NCBI GenBank assembly: GCA_965644495.1
Contig: CBFFSA010000001.1
Location: 2,170,001-2,234,000, forward strand
Reading direction: 5' to 3'
DNA from: Perkinsela sp. CCAP 1560/9
Taxonomy: Eukaryota; Protista; Euglenozoa: Kinetoplastea
Length of the DNA stretch: 64,000 nt
Shown: positions 56,071 through 64,000 of the stretch, piece after piece
Numbering within the stretch: the stretch's first letter is position 1
Layout: every line of letters begins with the position of its first letter
Notes under the pieces: generated by a model
What the model was told of the DNA's origin: nothing
The model's database searches: none
Seen by the model: only the letters and a program-made list of their open reading frames with translations
Translations under genes and position numbers: made by a program

Positions 56071-56378
56071 TTTAGCTAGTTGGGCGATGGGGTTCAGGTA
56101 GGGGGGCGGAAAAAAAAATCCAAGGTTAAAGCACCACAGTCTGACAAAGATTCTGTTGCAAAGAAGTTTGTACGGCGTAAAGCGAGAGAAAGACGCGAGA
56201 GAAAACCACTTTCAGAAAAACGGAAGAGGCGGACCATAGGGTACACGACAATGAGTTACGCGATAGGGAAGATTTGCTTGCAATGGAGCTTGATCCATGT
56301 TCGACGCAACTAACGACAACCCAAATACAGACTGCGTCCGCTGGATCCACGATTCACGACCAAGCTGCCCCCTATCCC

Positions 56379-56770
56379 TAGGGTGGAGGTGGCGGAGTGG
56401 CAAGAATTCAAAGTTTGAAGCACATGGTGCTCAGGCGGCGGGTTCAAACCCGCTCATCGAAATATTCCTGGCGGCCTCACTCTAAGAGGCTGGGCTGATA
56501 ACCGACTAGGCCCAGTACTCGGAGGACCGTCCCGGACCCTCCCCTCAGGGAACCAGCTCCCTTACCTGGCTTACACCTCTTGGGTGAGCCGTGTTGACGT
56601 ACAGTTCGTCGACGCAGCGTGTTGGCAACAGCACGTTGGTGCCGCCTTGGACAAGCGGAAACTGGTAGAGGACGTCGGCCTCGGAACTTCCAAATCTGTC
56701 TGTGAAGGGTCTGGCTTGCCAGTGACCATCCGGAGCAATCCGGAATGATTTGGATTTTTGGATTTTTTTT
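56379..56770 (+). mobile_element. tRNA-headed SINE-like unit, copy 2 (full length)
   Basis: A box TGGCGGAGTGG (56390-56400). B box GGTTCAAACCC (56441-56451) in a T-arm GCGGG/CCCGC. Structured body, then T-runs. Confidence 0.75.
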
Positions 56771-56803
56771 GCCCCCTATCCCCCATCATCGCAACAACGA
56801 GGA

Positions 56804-57361
56804 ATGCCCCCAGCAACCAATTCTGCAGAGAACGCTGTCTCAGCAGAATTGAGTCAAGGACAACGGGAAGATGGGTACTCCGGCTCACAAGGCGCATCTT
56901 TTCCCCTCAACGGAGACGATTCTCGACAGTGCCCGGCTCAGGGATGTTCATGACGGAGCTTGCCAAACGTGTCGTGGCAAGCTTTTTACAACCACGTCGC
57001 TTGCCGGCACGGAAGCAGCATTCCCGCAGAGTGGTGGGATGGAGAAGGTCGCTTCCTTTGTTCTTCTTGCGGGCGAAACTACGGCAAAAACAAACGTTCA
57101 TATCACCCCCATAGCTGCAAAGCAACAATGGCCTCTCCGCCATCCGAGCTTCATGCGCAAACCCTTCCTGACGCGGAGAGCCCAGGACGGAGAGCCGTAA
57201 TCACTCAGTTTGAGATTCCATCTTCATCAACTATCTGCTCGCTACCGCTTAGTACATGCAAGGACGCACCACATCGATGCCGAAAAAAAAAAAATCGATG
57301 CCGCCAGCTGTGGGGTGAAATTCTTACGGAGACCATGGATAACGCCGTCAAAAACAATTCA
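56804..57361 (+). pseudogene. N-terminus of a CRE/SLACS-like non-LTR retroelement ORF
   Basis: Zn fingers CPAQGC...NHVACRH and RFLCSSC...HPHSC, then PSSSTICSLPLSTCKDAPHRCR..WGEIL. In-frame TGA at 56951. Cut off by the pogo right end. Confidence 0.55.
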
Positions 57362-58547
57362 CTATTATTAAGTTGTCAAGTTATTATTAAGTTTCAACAA
57401 CTTAATATTATTCCGCTCCCCGGTTTACACGCGGCACATCTTCAGATACAGGTTCTAGCTGTGAAAGTGATTTTCTTCTCTTTCCTATTTCATTACCAGT
57501 CTACTTAACATACCTATACCTTGATAACAAACCTATACCTTGATAACATACCGGGGGAGTATGTTAAATGGGTATGTGGTTTATATGACGTTTTTTCGAT
57601 CAGATACCTAAACACCCCCTACTGGTAATGAATTCAAAATCCTAGGTCAAAACACTGGGACCTGTTATACCTGTATACGCTTTGGTTTCATTCGATAAGT
57701 CTTCACCCTGTACTGGTAATACACTTACAAAGGCCAACATTCAACTTGAAGTGTGTGACACGCGAGGCCGAAGAGGAATGAGGAGGCGCAAGGAAAAAAG
57801 GCAGAAGGCGGTGCCTTCTGTCTTTTTGCCGCGGCGACGACGACTTCCTCGCGTGGGAAGCTGTAAGGGGTCCTAGGGAGCATGTTTCAATGGCTATGTA
57901 ACCCAGGCTAAAGTGGACGAGGGAGATACCAAAGGCGCCTTTGGAAAACGACCACAAAACTTTGACTAAAAAAAGGTGAAAAAGTATTTTTCGGACCTAA
58001 AGGGGCATTTTTGTGTCGAAAGAATGGTATGGTTGGAGTCGCGTTCTCTACTCAATACGTTCGGTAGGCTTCCATTCATGCCTACGAGTGATTTCCCACG
58101 CGCAAATATCGGATTTAGTGCTCTGAGAGTCAAAATACGCGAAAATCACCCCATTTTTACCCGAAATTCGGCTATTTTTAGCTATAATCTTTCCGTTTTC
58201 CAGGCTAAATTTTCTTTTTTAGGCTCTTCGTTAAACGCGGCGGTAGTTTTCAACGCGAAGCGCGCAGCATGAGTGACTTCTAAGTTGAAAACAACCACCG
58301 CGTTTAACGAAGAGCCTAAAAAAGAAAATAGTTACCGTCCGATCCATAATTAAGGAATTTCTTTTTTAGGCTCTTCGTTAAACGCGGTGGTTGTTTTCAG
58401 AAGTGTGTGTTCCGCGCAAAACTCTCACTGAACCATCCGTGTAGAAATGTACAGATTTAAGTTTGGTGAATGGAACGCTAGATTCTTCAATAAATTGCAG
58501 ATCTTTATACCGTCCGATCCATAATTACTGCGGTGAAAAATCATTCC

Positions 58548-58934
58548 AAAAAAAAAAATCCAAATCATTCCGGATTGCTCCGGATGGTCACTGGCAAGCC
58601 AGACCCTTCACAGACAGATTTGGAAGTTCCGAGGCCGACGTCCTCTACCAGTTTCCGCTTGCCCAAGGCGGCACCAACGTGATGTTGCCAACACGCTGCG
58701 TCGACGAACTGTACGTCAACACGGCTTACCCAAGAGGTGTAAGCCGGGTAAGGGAGCTGGTTCCCTGAGGGGAGGGTCCGGGACGGTCCTCCGAGTACTG
58801 GACCTAGTCGGTTATCAGCCCAGCCTCTTAGAGTGAGGCCGCCAGGAATATTGGGATGAGCGGGTTTGAACTCGCCGTCTGAGCACCATGTGCTTCAAAC
58901 TTTGAATTCTTGCCACTCCGCCACCTCCGCCCTA
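58548..58934 (-). mobile_element. tRNA-headed SINE-like unit, copy 3, immediately downstream of 5S rRNA
   Basis: Reverse complement of copy 2. Begins (T)TAGGGCGGAGGTGGCGGAGTGG and ends in a long T-run. Confidence 0.75.
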
Positions 58935-58935
58935 A

Positions 58936-59052
58936 AGAGTACAACACTCAGGGTTCCCGAGCGATCGCTCACCTCAGTACTAACTGAGCCTGGCGGTGCT
59001 TAACCTCACAAAGAACAGGATGTGGTGTTTTCACCGTAGTATGGCCGTACAA
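58936..59052 (-). rRNA. 5S rRNA gene, probably degenerate
   Basis: GTACGGCCATACT...GTTAAGC...CAGGCTCAGTTAGTACTGAGG...GGGAAC...GTGTTGTACTCT, euglenozoan-like. The 5' end is mismatched and the conserved CGAT is reduced to CT. Confidence 0.85.
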
Positions 59053-59421
59053 CCTGCAGGTTGGTGGTTAGATTCCCGCTATCGACAAAACTCGCAACCT
59101 GGCGGCCTCACTCAAGGGGAAGCGATCAGGAGTTCCTCCAAGGCCCATACTCAACCCCGCTCCCCTGGAGGACCGATCTGGAACCGCCGAGCTGAACCAG
59201 GCTCCGGCGCAACCGCTAAATTGCGATCTGCCTACGCAAAGGAGGCTTGAGACACAGCCTAAACGATTCGAGGCGGTTGGACGCCCGTCCTGGTAGCTAC
59301 GGTTGCGTAGCCGTTCTCGGGCTGCAAGGTGTCGAGTGCCGTCTGGGAAGGGGGTAGCAAGACAATGAAGGTCAGTGACCTGAAACTCTACCCTAACGGT
59401 TGGCGCTGCAGAGCCCTCCGT

Positions 59422-59475
59422 GTCTTCTTCTTTTTCTTCTTCTTCATCTTCTTCTTCTTCTTCTTCTTCTTCTTC
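59422..59475. repeat. (TTC)n microsatellite
   Basis: About 18 TTC-type units. Confidence 0.9.
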
Positions 59476-60331
59476 CGCAAGGAATACATAGATGCATTCC
59501 TTGGCAATGTTGTGCCACATGTTTGGTCATAGCCTCTTTTTCAAGAGGTGTTTCGGAACACCTGGTATGTGTTTTCCGTTTCAAGGACGTTTTCTGTCCA
59601 AAGAAAAGCTGTCCAAAAAAAGCTTCTGCGGGTTTTGTTCGAAAAAAGTTTTTTTCAAAAAAAATTCGTGCGGTATCCCCCCCCCACTAGACCACCCCCA
59701 TGGACGCCCCCCATGGACCCCCCATTTTTTTCATTTTTTTTTTAAATTTTGGCCCTTTTTGATCTTTTGCACAAAGTTGAGCTTCGGGATTCGGAAGGTC
59801 ACTTTCGAGAAGAATAACTCACCAATTGTAATAAGTTGATCGTCGTTCGTTCGCTTTTTGTACCTTTTTATGCACTCTTCTTGAGCTTCCGTACTGACTG
59901 AAAAATCTTAAAAAGGAAGACGATCACAACAACACAACAACAAAGACACTGATATTTGAATATCAGTTAAAGGGTCTGTAATTTACACCATAAAATAGAA
60001 CCCACCTACGTACAAGCTCACTTGGCTTTTACGCGTAGAAGCATCTTCTACGACCATGACATACATACTTCCTCATTACTTTCTTTGGTAAATAACCCGT
60101 TAGGTGCGAATGCGGCTTCCGGCGCTTTGCTTTCATAACCATTTGACTTCCTTATCTGTTGGCTCTATATTCCTGTTTTTGCCTAGGGCAAAGAGCGAAA
60201 AAGCTTAATAAATCCAAACCTTATTGACAAAATCAATATCCTATCTCTCTTCTTCATAAAACGTATATTAATACTAATGGCATAGTGTATTTAACGACTT
60301 CCCTTAGCATGGTTTTGCTTTCCTTATTTGC

Positions 60332-62808
60332 TCAATGAGATCTCCTGGTAGATTTTTGCGTCTTGCTTTCATCCTCTCTAAGCGAGCGTTTTCTCTGAGG
60401 GGTTCTTCCCGTAAGTACTGATATGCAAACTGGGATCTCATTCTTGACGCGTGTGTCTTCTGCACTCTTGCGCAGTTTTATGCCAATTTTTTCATTGGTT
60501 TTGGTTGATTTCCCCTTCGAACGGGTGCGTTTCAATGTTTTTGATGAAGGGGTTCTACTAACAACTTCATTTTGAGAAAGAGCCTCAGATTTTGGAGGAT
60601 CGGGTGTTTCCTCTTCAGCCCTCACCTGTGTAAATGCAAAAACTGGCAAAGTCCGTTTTTGTAACGATTTGAACTTTTGGTCTGTGTTCAGTGGGGTCAT
60701 GTTTCGTCTTTTGGAGCAGGATTTTTCTTCCAAACCACGGAAAAAAAAGGAGGCGTTTTCGTCAGACTGTTGATAAGCTCTTTTCGCAAGCCAGTCCGAT
60801 GTGTCATTATGTGGGTTCCCTTCATGCCCCCTAACCTTGATGATGAACACGCGTCGGTCAGCTTCTAATTGAAAGCAGGCACGATGTATCTTTGATAAGA
60901 GGTCCGAATTTTCAAATTGGTGAAACCCGAATAGAGAAAACCTGTTCCGAATCACATGGAAAAATTCCCATACATACGCAGAGCCTGTGTGAATGATAAT
61001 ATCCTTCTCATGCTTCATTGCCATCTGCAGAGCCTCATAGACAGCATAAAGTTCCGCAGCTGTTATTGTGAGTGATATTTCTGACGGAGGTTTTAGTCCT
61101 ACAAGTGTCTTTTCTACCCGATTGCCCAATAACACAATACCGCAACCTGATGAAATTCCTGTTTTCGTTGTTCTTAATGCGCCGTCTGTGTATAAATGCA
61201 AGGAAGTGAAAAGGCACCGCACCTTCTTCTACGAATTGTAATGACGAGTAGACTTTTTGCTTCATTGAATCCTGTTTGGTTTTTTCCCATCTTGGAGATT
61301 CTATAGGAAGATAATTCGGACGTGGCTCAAGGCGCGCCTTTAAACGATCAACATTAGAGCGCCAGCGTGTTCTGTCTTTAGAAATTTGAATAACATCGGG
61401 AACAGACAAGCCTAGATCATCGGAACAAGATTCAGACAGACAGGTTTGCGTCTTTCGTTCCGCCACACTGAAAGGAGAATCGTGTCGAAGAAGATGGCCT
61501 ATAAGCTGCGCTCTCTGTATTTTCGCCACCGTGCTAAGCTTTGAATCATTTTGGTACAGAGCTTCTGTTCGAATACCCCTTTTCCCATCCCAAGTACGGC
61601 CTACACCACACACCATTCTGCGCATTTTGTTTACCTCAATATCTAATTCCCGGAGCCTATTGGTTGATATATCCCATGTTCCTGAATTATATTGCACTAC
61701 TGGCATCACAAGTGTACGGAATACTGTCATACGGCTCGAGATTGGCAAAGGTGATTTCCAGATCGGCCTAAGTTTATGCATCAATGCCCACCCAAGTCTC
61801 ATTCGTTCGTTGGGTGCAACATTTCGATCCTCGCTTTCCTGCGTGCTTCCTAGGTAGCGGTATTTGTAAACTCTGGGGATATGCCCTATACCCGGTATTA
61901 TAAGTTCGCCCCCGCTATCAGAAACCTTTCCAACAGTCATCCAAGCAGTTTTATTGACCCCCAAGTTAATACTGAGGTTTTCGTTCCGAGCAGCTCGGTA
62001 AAGACTCTCTAACATGTCAGTGAGTTCTACTTTAGATGAGGCAAATAAGACTATATCATCGGCGTAGTCGATATCCGAGATACGCAAATGTTTCTCACCA
62101 CGGCTTTTCGATCCTGTAGAATATGTTATTAAACCAGACCCTTTAGTATCGAGCGCTTCTGCCAATATCCGATCGAGTACCATGATAAACAGATAGGGTG
62201 CGAGAAAGTCTCCTTGCAGAGTACCATTGGGTCATTATGGTAACACCGTAACTCCGCATGAATGCCACGGCCTGGTGTAGACGATAACTGCGACGTAGAG
62301 CAAATGCGTCCGCGGACTTGCATTTCAATGTGTCCACATTTAGGGTGCTCACCACAAACCCCCCTCTCATAGCTTGAATCTTCGGTCTCTGCTCTCGGGC
62401 GCCACGCCGAAAACAGGTTTTGCGCTTCCGATTGCGTCCGTGTAATGATTTTGGGAGTATTCCAACCCTGCCGCCCAGCACATGGACACGTTCATCTCTC
62501 GGTGGAAACGGGAGGAGCCGTCCATTCATCAAGTCGTACTTAACAAGCCAATTAGACCCGCCAAGCGAAGAATGAACAACCCCTTCCCAAAGTGTAATGC
62601 GTTTGCGGTAGGCCATGCGCCAAACAACGGCCACACGTTTTCCAACTCCAAAAACCTTCGACATCTGCAAACGGGCCTGCTGCCGGAGTTTTATTACACC
62701 ACCCCTCTGCTTTGGTTGCAAAAAGAGGTTGCCCCGACCACACCTGGCCGTTAGGAGTTTGTCACGAACTTCCAACAAACCATCGAACGGTCCGGAGGCC
62801 TCCGCCAT
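60332..62808 (-). mobile_element. Degenerate ingi/L1Tc-like non-LTR retrotransposon (APE start, RT, RNase H)
   Basis: The APE start VSTLNVDTL is joined by a deletion at about 62228 to RT (GTLQGDFLAPYLFIMVLD, YADDIVL, NKT, YRYLGS). A frameshift near 61210 leads to RNase H (YTDGA, AELYAV, HTGS, VRGHEG, NDTSDWLAK). Confidence 0.85.
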
Positions 62809-62822
62809 TTTGTATCAACGTA

Positions 62823-64000
62823 TTAATACAAAAAGTGATCTCAATACAAAAAGTGATCTTAATACAAAAAGTGATCTTAATACAAAAAGTGATCTTAATA
62901 CAAAAAGTGATCTTAATACAAAAAGTGATCTTAATACAAAAAGTGATCTTAATACAAAAAGTGATCTTAATACAAAAAGTGATCTTAATACAAAAAGTCA
63001 TCTTAATACAAAACGTGATCTTAATACCAAAAGTGATCTTAATACAAAAAGTGATCTTAATACAAAAAGTGATCTTAATACAAAAAGTGATCTTAATACA
63101 AAAAGTGATCTTAATACAAAAAGTGGTCTTAATACAAAAAGTGATCTTAATACAAAAAGTGATCTTAATACAAAAAGTGATCTTAATACAAAAAGTGATC
63201 TTAATACAAAAAGTGATCTTAATACAAAAAGTGATCTTAATACAAAAAGTGATCTTAATACAAAAAGTGATCTTAATACAAAAAGTGATCTTAATACAAA
63301 AAGTGATCTTAATACAAAAAGTGATCTTAATACAAAAAGTGATCTTAATACAAAAAGTGATCTTAATACAAAAAGTGATCTTAATACCAAAAGTGATCTT
63401 AATACAAAAAGTGATCTTAATACAAAAAGTGATCTTAATACAAAAAGTGATCTTAATACAAAAAGTGATCTTAATACAAAAAGTGATCTTAATACAAAAA
63501 GTGATCTTAATACCAAAAGTGATCTTAATACAAAAAGTGATCTTAATACAAAAAGTGATCTTAATACAAAAAGTGATCTTAATACAAAAAGTGATCTTAA
63601 TACAAAAAGTGATCTTAATACAAAAAGTGATCTTAATACAAAAAGTGATCTTAATACAAAAAGTGATCTTAATACCAAAAGTGATCTTAATACAAAAAGT
63701 GATCTTAATACAAAAAGTGATCTTAATACAAAAAGTGATCTTAATACAAAAAGTGATCTTAATACAAAAAGTGATCTTAATACAAAAAGTGATCTTAATA
63801 CAAAAAGTGATCTTAATACAAAAAGTGATCTTAATACAAAAAGTGATCTTAATACAAAAAGTGATCTTAATACAAAAAGTGATCTTAATACAAAAAGTGA
63901 TCTTAATACAAAAAGTGATCTTAATACAAAAAGTGGTCTTAATACAAAAAGTGATCTTAATACAAAAAGTGATCTTAATACAAAAAGTGATCTTAATACA
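62823..64000. repeat. Homogeneous 18-bp tandem array (TTAATACAAAAAGTGATC)n, about 65 copies, running off the window end
   Basis: Read directly from the sequence. Rare variants include TACCAAAAG and GTGGTC. Confidence 0.98.

Noticed and set aside
56307-56350. Spliced-leader RNA gene (AACTAACG start)
   Set aside because: Only the first 8 nt match. The conserved CAGTTTCTGTA...TTG/GT core and an Sm site are absent.
56689-56754. Hammerhead ribozyme in the three-way junction at the 3' end of the SINE-like unit
   Set aside because: The helices exist, but the CUGANGA and GAAA core is missing on both strands.
59280-59420. HDV-like ribozyme on the - strand
   Set aside because: A P1-like pairing is possible, but P3/L3/P1.1 could not be built.
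62762-63678. ORFs (LRSLFV)n and (KITFCI)n
   Set aside because: These are translations of the 18-bp array, which is a multiple of 3. There is no evidence of coding.
62823-64000. CRISPR array
   Set aside because: There are no spacers and no cas genes, and the context is eukaryotic. The same applies to the 43730-46290 minisatellite.

Overview
Eukaryotic, intron-free sequence, most likely from a kinetoplastid. Evidence: a clear RESC6/MRB3010 RNA-editing subunit, a type II IPP isomerase, a TbCE1-type adenylate-kinase/guanylyltransferase fusion, and all host genes on one strand behind pyrimidine tracts. The LRR family suggests a Perkinsela-like lineage (recall, unverified). Positions 1-38,549 form one + strand polycistronic gene cluster: LRR, IDI2, SAK-type HAD, cyclin, hypothetical, UNG, LRR pseudogene, CE1-like, COG2, GRASP, LRR disrupted by an RLE retroelement, NOC3, XPC, SNF2, PRP22, RESC6. 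From about 38.6 kb on there are no host genes, only nested mobile DNA: a Tc1 transposase, a bacterial-type IS30 element with intact ends and a 3-bp TSD inside a minisatellite, a pogo-type element, hAT and TA-targeting MITEs, hairpin repeats, three copies of a ~380-bp tRNA-headed SINE-like unit, a degenerate 5S rRNA, CRE-like and ingi-like retroelement relics, and a homogeneous 18-bp array that runs off the window end. The most notable observations are the IS30 element with triplicated terminal motifs in a eukaryote, a recurrent C-rich to G-rich strand-skew switch inside coding genes, and the tRNA-headed structured element joined to 5S rRNA and to a CRE-like ORF. All calls are by eye from motifs; no database search was run.
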